DNA of 42,051 bases from a virus (taxonomy: Duplodnaviria; Caudoviricetes), in the IMG/VR virus record IMGVR_UViG_3300037722_000296, positions 1 through 42,051 of that record; one strand, given 5' to 3'. The translations under genes were made by a program, and so were the position numbers. Below the pieces are notes generated by a model that saw nothing but the letters and a program-made list of their open reading frames with translations, ran no database searches and was not told the origin of the DNA. Numbering within the stretch: the stretch's first letter is position 1; every line of letters starts with the position of its first letter. Shown in pieces: positions 1 through 7,832 of this stretch.

Positions 1-252
1 GTTGGCACCGCCCAGGTCGGCACCGCGCAGGTCGGCATCGCCCAGGTCGGCATCGCGCAGGTCGGCATCGCCCAGGTCGGCATCGCGCAGGTCGGCACCG
101 CCCAGGTCGGCATCGCGCAGGTCGGCATCGCCCAGGTCGGCATCGCGCAGGTCGGCATCGCCCAGGTCGGCATCGCGCAGGTCGGCACCGCCCAGGTCGG
201 CATCGCGCAGGTTGGCATCGCCCAGGTCGGCATCGCGCAGGTTGGCATCGCT
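1..252. repeat. 15-bp tandem repeat (~17 units) encoding (D/G)A(D/N)L(R/G)
   Basis: Units gtcggca(t/c)cg(c/g)cag visible directly. Confidence 0.97.
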
Positions 253-345
253 CGATACCGCCATCTCCACGGCTAGGCGCATATTCTTGGCGTCGCACTC
301 AAAAATGACTTCCGCAGTAAACCTGTTTTTGATCTCAATTTTCAC
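1..345 (-). CDS. Pentapeptide-repeat protein, N-terminal part (continues at 42051-41473)
   Basis: GTG at 345 overlaps the upstream TGA (GTGA), GGAGG RBS; reads MKIEIKNRFTAEVIFECDAKNMRLAVEMAVSS-DANLR-DADLG...; absent from the ORF track because it runs off the window edge. Confidence 0.9.
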   Translation of the reverse strand, partial: MKIEIKNRFTAEVIFECDAKNMRLAVEMAVSSDANLRDADLGDANLRDADLGGADLRDADLGDADLRDADLGDADLRDADLGGADLRDADLGDADLRDADLGDADLRGADLGGAN

Positions 346-641
346 TGCTCACCTCCGTTGGGCAACGCGAGAAGCGACTGAATCCGTTCCTCGATCTGCT
401 GCACCTTCATTTCCGATTCAGCGCGAATGGTCTGGATTTCCGTTCTCATGGATTCGATCACGTCTGAGGTGATGTCGCGGCGGTCAACCTTGATCGCCAG
501 CGTTATGGGTTGGCCGATCTGGATGTATTCGCCCAGCAGGGCGGGGTGGGCCAGCAGGATGCCGTACCGGCTATGCACCTGCGGGATCACCGTGATAGCC
601 ACCGATTCCGGCAGGTTCCTGATGTCGAGTGTTTCGGTCAT
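342..641 (-). CDS. Hypothetical early protein with C-terminal coiled coil
   Basis: AGGGGA RBS; stop coupled to the next start. Confidence 0.75.
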   Translation of the reverse strand: MTETLDIRNLPESVAITVIPQVHSRYGILLAHPALLGEYIQIGQPITLAIKVDRRDITSDVIESMRTEIQTIRAESEMKVQQIEERIQSLLALPNGGEQ

Positions 642-651
642 GTCGTTCCCC

Positions 652-828
652 TCAATATTCTTCGATGTAAACGTACTGGCCGTGGCCGTACTTCGATGCC
701 AGCTTGGCGGCGCGGGTCACTGCTTGGGTCTCTGACTCAAGACGATCCTCAAGGCAGTAAGTACCGTCCTCGGCTTCCAGCATTACCCGCCAGCGGATGG
801 GGGCGTAGTTGGTTGCGTGGCTGTTCAT
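652..828 (-). CDS. Hypothetical early protein (MNSHATNY...)
   Basis: ATGA overlap with the upstream stop at 825. Confidence 0.65.
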   Translation of the reverse strand: MNSHATNYAPIRWRVMLEAEDGTYCLEDRLESETQAVTRAAKLASKYGHGQYVYIEEY

Positions 829-1070
829 GCCGCACGGTCGCCGCAAACAGGAATGTTCCATTCAGTCCCAAGAATCGCCGGCTTGCCATTTGCGCGGCGG
901 GCGGCATTGCACATGCTCCGCACCTTGTTCTGTTGTCCGGTTGGCAGGCCCTTCTGGATCTCAAAGAGCGCGCCAGACAAATGAGCAACGAATTCGCGAC
1001 CCTCATAATTGGCAGCACTTCTTATGGCGCTGGCGATCCGCTCAAGGGTTTGGGTTGGCGTGGCTTTCAT
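825..1070 (-). CDS. Hypothetical early protein
   Basis: AGGGGAACGAC-ATG RBS; operon context. Confidence 0.7.
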   Translation of the reverse strand: MKATPTQTLERIASAIRSAANYEGREFVAHLSGALFEIQKGLPTGQQNKVRSMCNAARRANGKPAILGTEWNIPVCGDRAA

Positions 1071-1098
1071 GTCGTTCCCCTGTTCTTTGTGACTGTTG

Positions 1099-1272
1099 TT
1101 ACTCGTCCAGATCGAACAGCGCCTGCAAAATCTTCTCGCCGATCTGTTTTGCGGTTACCCTGCCGTGCTCGGAGAAGCTCCGGTCGCTCAGGGAGTGGCT
1201 GACCAGCCGGATAATGGTTTCCATTTCCGTCTGAGTCAGGCTGATGTTTGCGATGCGTTCTTTTCCGTTCAT
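1099..1272 (-). CDS. First gene of the leftward operon, probably leaderless, 57 aa
   Basis: ATG lies 7 nt after the PL -10 box; no SD sequence. Confidence 0.7.
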   Translation of the reverse strand: MNGKERIANISLTQTEMETIIRLVSHSLSDRSFSEHGRVTAKQIGEKILQALFDLDE

Positions 1273-1323
1273 GAGTACAACTGTACTTGATGCGGGCGAG
1301 CCAGTCAAGCACATTTGTACTTG
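1272..1323 (-). promoter_or_regulatory. PL promoter with two repressor operators
   Basis: TTGACT(1308-1303)-17-TACAGT(1285-1280); palindromes AAGTAC-N4-GTACTC and AAGTAC-N4-GTGCTT. Confidence 0.85.
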
Positions 1324-1336
1324 TGCGATGAATTAT

Positions 1337-1726
1337 TTATCGGGGCGGGAATTTCAGTAGGTTAGAGTCTTTCTTGGGGGAGTCTGCTGTGTACTCGGCT
1401 TCCCGCTCGGCCACATGGTCGATATATTTTCGGCCTTCTGGGCCAGCCTTGCGGTAGGAAGAGTAGAGTTTTTCCAGGGATTTGCTGGAAAGCAGTTCTT
1501 CCGGGAGGTCTGGCATGAGCAAATGCCATGAATTTAAACCAAAAGCAGCAGCCAGCTTATCCAGGGTGTCCAAAGTAGCCGATCCCTTTTGATTCAATAT
1601 CTTGTTGATCCCTTTTTGGGAAACGTCAGAAATCCGCGCCAGGGCGGCCTCTGAGTACCCGCGCAGATCCATGAGGTGGCGCAGATTGGTGGCCAGGGTG
1701 GCTTTGGGGTGTGGTCGCTTGTTCAT
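1337..1726 (-). CDS. cI: CI-like XRE HTH repressor without an S24 peptidase domain
   Basis: LATNLRHLM..SEAALARISDVSQKGINKILN..ATLDTLDKLAAAFG HTH; divergent from cro; flanked by operators. Confidence 0.85.
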   Translation of the reverse strand: MNKRPHPKATLATNLRHLMDLRGYSEAALARISDVSQKGINKILNQKGSATLDTLDKLAAAFGLNSWHLLMPDLPEELLSSKSLEKLYSSYRKAGPEGRKYIDHVAEREAEYTADSPKKDSNLLKFPPR

Positions 1727-1749
1727 AAGAAAATCATATATCCACATTT

Positions 1750-1800
1750 AAGTACAGTGGTGCTTGTTTTTTAGGATTCGTTCAAGTACAGTTGTACTCA
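1750..1800 (+). promoter_or_regulatory. PR promoter with two operators
   Basis: TTGTTT(1764)-17-TACAGT(1787); AAGTACAGTGGTGCTT and AAGTACAGTTGTACTC. Confidence 0.85.
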
Positions 1801-1997
1801 TGAACGAAAAAGACCTCTACGAAGAAACGCTGCGGCTTCTGGATTCATCCGGCAAGTCTCTACGCATCATTGCCGAAGGCTCAGGGGTTAACTACCACTG
1901 GCTTGGGAAATTCAAGCAGCGGAAGTTCGACAACCCCGGCGTCAAAACCATTCAGCAGTTGCACCGTTATCTCCTGTCGCTAGGCGTTGCGGCATGA
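1800..1997 (+). CDS. cro: Cro-like HTH protein, probably leaderless
   Basis: SLRIIAEGSGVNYHWLGKF..NPGVKTIQQL HTH; divergent from cI. Confidence 0.85.
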   Translation: MNEKDLYEETLRLLDSSGKSLRIIAEGSGVNYHWLGKFKQRKFDNPGVKTIQQLHRYLLSLGVAA

Positions 1998-2317
1998 CTG
2001 CCTGCAAGCGATGCGGTAATGAGATTCAACCCTGCGGCTGGAACGCTAGGGTATGCAGCCCCTGCAAGCGCTCCTATGAATCTGCGTATGGGCAGCGGTA
2101 CAGAAAATCCAAGCCTCTCGCAGTCGCAGCGCATGACAAGGTCGCTAATGCGGTCCTGAAAGGGGGGCTTCCGAGACTCGATGGCACGATCCCCTGTGAT
2201 GACTGCGGCAAACCGGCTACGCAATACGATCATCGTGATTACTCCAAACAGTTAGATGTGGCACCTGTATGTGCTAGCTGTAACAGGCTGCGTGGACCTG
2301 GCCTGAACGCGGCATAA
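1994..2317 (+). CDS. Zn-binding HNH-like protein
   Basis: CxxC pairs and a DHRDY..VCASCN HNH-type motif; ATGA coupling. Confidence 0.65.
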   Translation: MTACKRCGNEIQPCGWNARVCSPCKRSYESAYGQRYRKSKPLAVAAHDKVANAVLKGGLPRLDGTIPCDDCGKPATQYDHRDYSKQLDVAPVCASCNRLRGPGLNAA

Positions 2318-2323
2318 CCACCC

Positions 2324-2346
2324 GGCAGGCTTCGGCCTGCCTTTTT
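2324..2346 (+). terminator. Intrinsic terminator (tR1-like)
   Basis: GGCAGGC-TTCG-GCCTGCC-TTTTT. Confidence 0.85.
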
Positions 2347-2423
2347 GTTGCAAAAAAATTTACGCCGTAATCGACCGTCAATACCACGCAACATCAACCA
2401 ACCGTTCGCAAGGAGAAGCAAAA

Positions 2424-2798
2424 ATGCAGCGACAAATGCCCCTCCCCGGCGAAGCAAGGAAGCCCGAACTTGTACCCGCAGAACTGCTCTCCTGCTGTCG
2501 CCACCGCCTCGACGCCATACGCCTGTGTATGCAGCTGTCGAGCCTGACCCATGCCTATATCGCCGAAACCTTGGCGATAGACCCCGGCCACCTCTCGCGG
2601 ATCTTGAGCGGGCAGGCCCATTTCCCCGACACCAAATCGGTCCAGCTCATGGAGCTGTGCGGGAATTTAGCGCCCGTGCAGTTCGAAATGATGGCGATGG
2701 GCATTGTCGGGGACGCCCCTTTACCTAAGCGCCGCAACACTGATTTCGGTGGTCGGCGTCAGCCCATGCAGGAAGAGAGGAGGGTCTCATGCGGCTAA
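2424..2798 (+). CDS. CII-like HTH regulator
   Basis: YIAETLAIDPGHLSRILSG HTH; position after cro; AGGAG RBS. Confidence 0.7.
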   Translation: MQRQMPLPGEARKPELVPAELLSCCRHRLDAIRLCMQLSSLTHAYIAETLAIDPGHLSRILSGQAHFPDTKSVQLMELCGNLAPVQFEMMAMGIVGDAPLPKRRNTDFGGRRQPMQEERRVSCG

Positions 2799-2992
2799 CA
2801 GGCCAAAGATCCCTATGCCGCTCCTGCGGTCTCCTGTTCCGCTCTACGGCGGCTTTTGACAAACACCGCACTGGGAGCCTCGCAAAGGGCGAGCGTCGCT
2901 GTTTGACTGAAACGGAGATGCTAGCCAAGGGGATGGCGATCAACTATCAGGGCCTTTGGGTATCGGCCCTCATGAAACCGGAGGAAGCATGA
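2789..2992 (+). CDS. Small Zn-binding protein of the FDxHR type
   Basis: CRSC..FRSTAAFDKHR..RRC motif. Confidence 0.7.
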   Translation: MRLTGQRSLCRSCGLLFRSTAAFDKHRTGSLAKGERRCLTETEMLAKGMAINYQGLWVSALMKPEEA

Positions 2993-3301
2993 ACCAAGTC
3001 CAGAAAGGCAACACCTACATAACAGGAGATGCGAAATGAGTACAACCGTGCTTGATGCTTTGTATAACGCGCAGATTAACTTCGAAACCATTGGGAAAAT
3101 GGGCGCAGGAAACAATCCCATTTTTATGATTGCAATGGAGCAGATGAACAATGCCATTGCGGCGCTTGAGAGCGGCGTAGGGCCAGACAGCGTGATTCAG
3201 GAGCACATGCTAGGCGAGGTAATTACCGGGATTGAAGATTGAATTCAGTGACAAACGAAAAGGGGCGGGAAATGAACCAAGTCCAGAAAGGCAACACCTA
3301 C
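2989..3301 (+). repeat. Exact 30-bp direct repeat (2989-3018 and 3272-3301) flanking gene 3036-3242
   Basis: ATGAACCAAGTCCAGAAAGGCAACACCTAC occurs twice. Confidence 0.95.
3036..3242 (+). CDS. Hypothetical protein, apparently inserted
   Basis: AGGAG RBS; lower GC; bracketed by the 30-bp repeat. Confidence 0.75.
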   Translation: MSTTVLDALYNAQINFETIGKMGAGNNPIFMIAMEQMNNAIAALESGVGPDSVIQEHMLGEVITGIED

Positions 3302-3472
3302 GAATCCACAGACGCCCGCAGGAAGGCGCGTATCCGCGTTTTGGAGCTGGGGGCTACATACGCCCTGTGCGAGACCAAAAAGCCGGGAGAACGGCGCTAC
3401 AGCGGTTACACGAGGATTCAGCGATGCAGACTCAACAAGAAAAATCACTGGCGACTGACGAAGCGGGGATGA
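3272..3472 (+). CDS. Hypothetical basic protein (MNQVQKGNTY...)
   Basis: RBS present; stop overlaps the next ATG. Confidence 0.65.
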   Translation: MNQVQKGNTYESTDARRKARIRVLELGATYALCETKKPGERRYSGYTRIQRCRLNKKNHWRLTKRG

Positions 3473-3588
3473 ATCCCTGCCTCGAATACGAACGACTGAA
3501 AGCGGAGTGGGTCCGGAAGAATCCGGGTGCCTCTCCGGAAGAGTATCAGGCCGCCATGACGGCCATTGCCCGCAGGGTGGGGATTTGA
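3469..3588 (+). CDS. Small hypothetical protein (MNPCLEYERLKAEW...)
   Basis: ATGA coupling; resembles a common small phage protein type. Confidence 0.65.
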   Translation: MNPCLEYERLKAEWVRKNPGASPEEYQAAMTAIARRVGI

Positions 3589-3604
3589 TGGAGATAACCT
3601 CAAA

Positions 3605-4231
3605 GTGAGTTTGCCCTGGTTCCGTATGTATGCCGAATTCGCGGGTGACCCCGTGATCCAGTCGCTCGCCTTCGAGGACCAGCGGCACTATGTCGTAATC
3701 CTGTGCCTCAAGTGTGATGGGGTGCTGGACCGCAAGATTTCCAAAGAGGCCAGAAACAGGATTATCAACCGGGCGCTGGGGCTGGATTCTGTCGCGGCGG
3801 GGGAGGTGAAACGTCGTCTGATTGAAACGCGGCTTGTAACGGAAACATGGCAACCAACCGGCTGGAATAATCGCCAGTATCAAAGCGACAAATCAACCGA
3901 AAGAGTGCGTAAGCATAGGAAAAATAAGGATCAAGGAAACGTTACAGAAACGCCAAAGGAACGTTCCGGAAACGCCCCAGATACAGATACAGATACAGAT
4001 ACAGAAAAGAGAAAAGAAAAGGGGTTTTCACCCCCCTCTGTTGCGGAGGTTGCCGCCTACTGCGATGAGCGGAAGAACGGCATAAATCCGGCCTTGTTTG
4101 TTGACCACTACCAGACTAATGGCTGGATGCGCGGCAAGAGCAAGGTCAAAGACTGGCGAGCTTGTGTCAGGACTTGGGAGAAAGACACCAAGCCCGCAGA
4201 TAAAGCATTCGACCCGAGGGACTACGTGTGA
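3605..4231 (+). CDS. Replication initiator (lambda O-position protein)
   Basis: PWFRMYAEF N-terminus, DTDTDT linker, C-terminal F..P...EV..YC...F.DHY...GW..G.....DW.A..RTW domain; upstream of the helicase. Confidence 0.8.
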   Translation: MSLPWFRMYAEFAGDPVIQSLAFEDQRHYVVILCLKCDGVLDRKISKEARNRIINRALGLDSVAAGEVKRRLIETRLVTETWQPTGWNNRQYQSDKSTERVRKHRKNKDQGNVTETPKERSGNAPDTDTDTDTEKRKEKGFSPPSVAEVAAYCDERKNGINPALFVDHYQTNGWMRGKSKVKDWRACVRTWEKDTKPADKAFDPRDYV

Positions 4232-4599
4232 TCGAGAAAATCCTAGACCGCCTTCAAGGCGTTAAGCGCATTGGCAAGCGTTGGGTGGCCCGATGCCCTG
4301 CCCATGACGACAAAGACCCGTCCCTGTCGCTCAGGGAAGCCGACGATGGCCGGGTACTGCTGCACTGCTTCGCCGGGTGCCCAGCGTATGACGTGGTAAC
4401 GGCGGTCGGGCTGGAGTTGTCCGACCTGTTCCCCGAGAAACTGGAGGGCTACCGCTCCAAGGCGCTGGATGATGCGCTACAGCACGAGCGCACCGTCCTG
4501 CTGCTGGTGAAGTCGGCCAAGGATTCCGGGAAGCAGTTGGACCCTCACGAACTGAACCGGGCAGAGCTGGCCCTGCACCGGCTGAGGGTCTGCCAATGA
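4228..4599 (+). CDS. Stand-alone primase CHC2 zinc-binding domain protein
   Basis: CPAHDDKDPSLS...HCFAGC; no TOPRIM domain. Confidence 0.85.
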   Translation: MIEKILDRLQGVKRIGKRWVARCPAHDDKDPSLSLREADDGRVLLHCFAGCPAYDVVTAVGLELSDLFPEKLEGYRSKALDDALQHERTVLLLVKSAKDSGKQLDPHELNRAELALHRLRVCQ

Positions 4600-5543
4600 T
4601 CCCGGTACGCCAGTTGGAGGAACGGGAAAAGCGCCTGTTCGCGGAAATCGACAAGATGTTTATCCCGTCCACCGAGATTGACGGCTTCGAGGAAACCCAG
4701 TTCGCCGACCAGATCAAACCGTCCGGGTACTGGCGGGATGATCTTGTGCGGATGCTGGAGGCCCCCCAATCGGCACGAGGCACAAGGCTGCCGTGGGACG
4801 ATGAGGGGCGGTTTCGCGTACGGCCTGCCGAGCTGACCATCTGGTCGGGGTACAACGGCCACGGCAAGTCTCTGGTACTCACACAGGTCATCTTGTCGGC
4901 CATGAAGCAGGGCGAGAAGGCGGCCATTGCCTCGCTGGAACTGAACCCGGTCCAGACGTTACGGCGCATGGTCTGCCAGGCGTCCTGTTTGGAGTGGGAC
5001 GAAATCACGACCAGCGCCATTGATGATTTTTTCGATTCCACCACGGACTTTCTCAGCCTGTATTCCGAGGTTGGCGATATTGAGCCGCACCGGGTCATTG
5101 CTATGTGCCGCTACTGTGCTTCGCATGGGATTGGGCATGTGGTGATTGATTCGCTGATGAAGTGCGGGACGGTGGAGGGCGAGTATTCGCAGGAAAAGAA
5201 ACTGGTCAACAGCTTGCAGAATATCGCCAAGAACACCGGCATACACATTCACTTGGTTGCCCATGCGAAGAAGGGCAAGGATGAATTTGACATGCCGGGC
5301 AAGTTCGACGTTGCAGGGTCCACGATGATTACCAATATCGCCGATAACGTGATGACGGTATCCCGCAACAAGCGCAAAGAAATCGAAATCATGAAAGGGT
5401 CGGAAGGATGGGAAGAGAAACCGGACGCGTACCTTCAATGCTCCAAGCAGAGGCACGGAGATTGGGAAGGCATCATTCCGCTATGGTTCCACCAGAGCGG
5501 GCAGTTCTCTGGAAGGCGGGGATGGAAAATGCAGATGTTGTAG
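4596..5543 (+). CDS. SF4 (DnaB/T7 gp4-like) replicative helicase
   Basis: Walker A GYNGHGKS, SLE, VVIDSL, HLVAH, GS..I..IADN, KQRHG. Confidence 0.92.
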   Translation: MIPVRQLEEREKRLFAEIDKMFIPSTEIDGFEETQFADQIKPSGYWRDDLVRMLEAPQSARGTRLPWDDEGRFRVRPAELTIWSGYNGHGKSLVLTQVILSAMKQGEKAAIASLELNPVQTLRRMVCQASCLEWDEITTSAIDDFFDSTTDFLSLYSEVGDIEPHRVIAMCRYCASHGIGHVVIDSLMKCGTVEGEYSQEKKLVNSLQNIAKNTGIHIHLVAHAKKGKDEFDMPGKFDVAGSTMITNIADNVMTVSRNKRKEIEIMKGSEGWEEKPDAYLQCSKQRHGDWEGIIPLWFHQSGQFSGRRGWKMQML

Positions 5544-5567
5544 TGCTGAGTCATTGGAGAAAGAGAA

Positions 5568-5843
5568 ATGGTAATTGATATGGAGTATGCAAGATTTTCG
5601 TCCTCTTCCGTGAAGAGGATAAAGCTATTCATTGACCAGTTAGAAACAACTGGCGGGAGCTTCGCTGTTGATGGGGATGAATGGTGGGAAGTGATAGACC
5701 ACATGGTGTTCGGTGAAGAAATCCCCTGCTATGAAATCGTAAACACGAACAAACGCGATTACATGCATCAGACGCAATTGGAGACGCTTAGAGATGAGCT
5801 TAGAAAGTTCCAGCAGTTTGGGCTCATGCCATACGAAGCGTGA
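5568..5843 (+). CDS. Hypothetical protein
   Basis: GGAG RBS; coupled to the next gene. Confidence 0.6.
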   Translation: MVIDMEYARFSSSSVKRIKLFIDQLETTGGSFAVDGDEWWEVIDHMVFGEEIPCYEIVNTNKRDYMHQTQLETLRDELRKFQQFGLMPYEA

Positions 5844-6022
5844 AAAGCGTGGACAAAAGAGGCGATGAGTATCCAGTCGTAGGCAAGGACGACAGACGGG
5901 TTATTTGGCAGCATATTGTCAAATATAACCCTGACATCGCCGCATTGCTGATTGAGATACGGGAAGTATTTGAGACTAACGGACTTGACTCCTACGAGGT
6001 GCGAAATGATCGGACTGAGTGA
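5840..6022 (+). CDS. Hypothetical protein
   Basis: GTGA coupling. Confidence 0.55.
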   Translation: MKSVDKRGDEYPVVGKDDRRVIWQHIVKYNPDIAALLIEIREVFETNGLDSYEVRNDRTE

Positions 6023-6254
6023 CTTACTAATCAACCACCAGGGCCACCAGTTTCTGCGGGAGCAGGACGAACGCGCCAGACGGTCGGCCTACCAGGCGAA
6101 CCTCACGGACGAACAGGCGCGGCCGATACGCAAGGACTACGACAACCGCGCACAGCTCGGCATGACGCTGGAGGATTTGGGCAGGAAGTACGGCAAGAAG
6201 GCGCAGGCGATAGGTCGCATTGGTCGCCGTGCTTCGTATCAGTGGGTGGACTGA
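6006..6254 (+). CDS. Small putative HTH protein
   Basis: GAGGTG RBS; LTDEQ..IR...MTLEDLGRKYG..I..I..R..YQWV. Confidence 0.65.
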   Translation: MIGLSDLLINHQGHQFLREQDERARRSAYQANLTDEQARPIRKDYDNRAQLGMTLEDLGRKYGKKAQAIGRIGRRASYQWVD

Positions 6255-6263
6255 GGAGGGTTT

Positions 6264-6398
6264 ATGGAACCGTTAAACATGCTGGAAATTGTTTTTATCT
6301 CGCTGGGCCTGATCGCAATCGTGTTCGGCTCGCTGATTGGACTGGGTGCGCTGATGGGGCGCATGAACGAAGAGGACGAGCACGGGAGGGGGTTGTGA
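6264..6398 (+). CDS. Small single-pass membrane protein, 44 aa
   Basis: GAGGAGG RBS; MEPLNMLEIVFISLGLIAIVFGSLIGLGALMG; below the ORF-track size cutoff. Confidence 0.7.
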   Translation: MEPLNMLEIVFISLGLIAIVFGSLIGLGALMGRMNEEDEHGRGL

Positions 6399-6793
6399 GC
6401 AACGCAACCGATCTAATCCGCAGCCAGAAAGAGAAGAAGTTACCCAGCCAGCTGCTAGAGGAAAGCGCCGGTCCATTTGACGAAGCCTGCATGTTGGTTC
6501 GGCAGATGGAATTTGTTGTTTCAGACCTGCTCCTCGAAAATGATCGGCAGAAGCGGGAGAACAAGCGACTTCGTGAGCGTGTGGCTGAGCTAGAAAATGG
6601 CTTTTTGAATCCTGATCGCGCTGATTTCATGCGAAGCTTGATCGAAGGCATCAGAAAGCAAATAGAAGCCGACCCGGCCACGATAGCAGCCAAGAAAAAG
6701 TTTGGAGATGGCATCACCATAGGCACATGGATGGACGCAAAGCTGCTGTGCAATACGATAGAAGAAGATGTGCTTGGAGGGTCAGATGATTGA
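6395..6793 (+). CDS. Hypothetical coiled-coil mosaic protein
   Basis: GTGA coupling; shares the SQLLE.SA.PFD.AC module with 33604-34059. Confidence 0.7.
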   Translation: MSNATDLIRSQKEKKLPSQLLEESAGPFDEACMLVRQMEFVVSDLLLENDRQKRENKRLRERVAELENGFLNPDRADFMRSLIEGIRKQIEADPATIAAKKKFGDGITIGTWMDAKLLCNTIEEDVLGGSDD

Positions 6794-7019
6794 CGACCCC
6801 CTAAACCGCCTGAAGGTAAAGCGCGGCTCCGAATTACCGTGGGCCAAGCTCACCGAGGACGATGTAAGGTTCTGCCGCGAGCTGCACGAACAGGGGCGCA
6901 GGCAGATCCGGCAGGCGCTTGAATACTGCACGGCCAAGGCGCTGGCGGAAAAGTTCGCGGTACACAAGCGGACCATGGAAAAGGTTTTGTCGGGGGAGAG
7001 TTGGGGGCATGTGGAATGA
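6786..7019 (+). CDS. Small HTH protein (HNH C-terminal-like DNA-binding domain)
   Basis: RGSELPWAKLTEDDV..R...LAEKFAVH..T...V.SG..W.HV. Confidence 0.7.
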   Translation: MIDDPLNRLKVKRGSELPWAKLTEDDVRFCRELHEQGRRQIRQALEYCTAKALAEKFAVHKRTMEKVLSGESWGHVE

Positions 7020-7300
7020 GGCGAGCGGCCAAGGTAGACGTTAATCAACCGGCCTTGGTTAAGGCTTTGCGCAAGATCCCCGGCGTGACAGTGGAGACAG
7101 GGCACGACGATATCATGGTCGGCTACAGGGGCAATACGTACTGGTTCGAGGTCAAGACCCCCGACACAGTAAGCCCCCGCACCGGGAAAGTAAGGCCGTC
7201 CGAGATCACCCCCAGCGAGCGGGACCGGGTGAATTACTGGCAGGGGCATTACTCGATTGTGTGGTCCCTGGATCAGATATTGGAGGAGATCGGGATATGA
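7016..7300 (+). CDS. VRR-NUC / Holliday-junction resolvase-like nuclease
   Basis: MRRAAKVDVNQ...DDIMVGY...FEVK PD-(D/E)xK motif. Confidence 0.8.
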   Translation: MRRAAKVDVNQPALVKALRKIPGVTVETGHDDIMVGYRGNTYWFEVKTPDTVSPRTGKVRPSEITPSERDRVNYWQGHYSIVWSLDQILEEIGI

Positions 7301-7482
7301 CACTCCCGACATGGATGTACGGCAACCCGGAGGGCATTGTGATGGGTCTACAGCGCCGGGAGATCGGCTGCCATGCCTGCGAGTGGTCCAGGAGGGTAGA
7401 GGGCAAGTGGGGTTGTGCATGGGGCAAGAACGGGTATCCAGACCGGAGCCGTAACGATTGTCAGGAGTGGAAGCGCAAATGA
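7297..7482 (+). CDS. Small Cys-rich hypothetical protein
   Basis: ATGA coupling; C..C...C...C pattern. Confidence 0.65.
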   Translation: MTLPTWMYGNPEGIVMGLQRREIGCHACEWSRRVEGKWGCAWGKNGYPDRSRNDCQEWKRK

Positions 7483-7820
7483 TCAAAGAGATTGACGAAA
7501 TGCTAGAGGACTGGGGATTCTGGACCGCAGGCCACGTCTACGAGTCTGCCATAGGCTACCCCTCCAGCACGGTCGAGGGACGCGCTATAGACGGCCTGGT
7601 GGCGTCCGGTATGCCTGCCCACTCCATTTGCCCCGAGGTCGGTATGCCGCCCCGTATCGCCCGCATAGACCGTCTGCTGAGGCTGGCACCGAGGAAGATC
7701 TTGGCCACGGCCGAACAGCATTACGTCCAGAGGGATCGCAGGACAGGTACATGGTATTGGACCCGAGTGGAGCTGCTGCACATGTGGATGCATGGGGCGC
7801 ATGCGGGGAGTAAAAAATAA
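7479..7820 (+). CDS. Late antiterminator Q-like protein
   Basis: IDEMLEDWGFW..GYPS..; last gene of the early right operon. Confidence 0.65.
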   Translation: MIKEIDEMLEDWGFWTAGHVYESAIGYPSSTVEGRAIDGLVASGMPAHSICPEVGMPPRIARIDRLLRLAPRKILATAEQHYVQRDRRTGTWYWTRVELLHMWMHGAHAGSKK

Positions 7821-7832
7821 TTGATTTAGGTA

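Noticed and set aside
1-252. Repeat array as a possible CRISPR or DGR template
   Set aside because: No spacers; it is a coding tandem repeat; no cas or reverse transcriptase gene seen
2-472. Ser/Arg-rich ORF on the + strand and MPTWA-repeat ORF at 41649-42050
   Set aside because: Shadow frames of the 15-bp repeat; the real frame is the minus-strand pentapeptide gene
3980-4003. (GATACA)4 as origin iterons
   Set aside because: Encodes the DTDTDT linker common in such initiators; an origin may be nearby but cannot be supported from this alone
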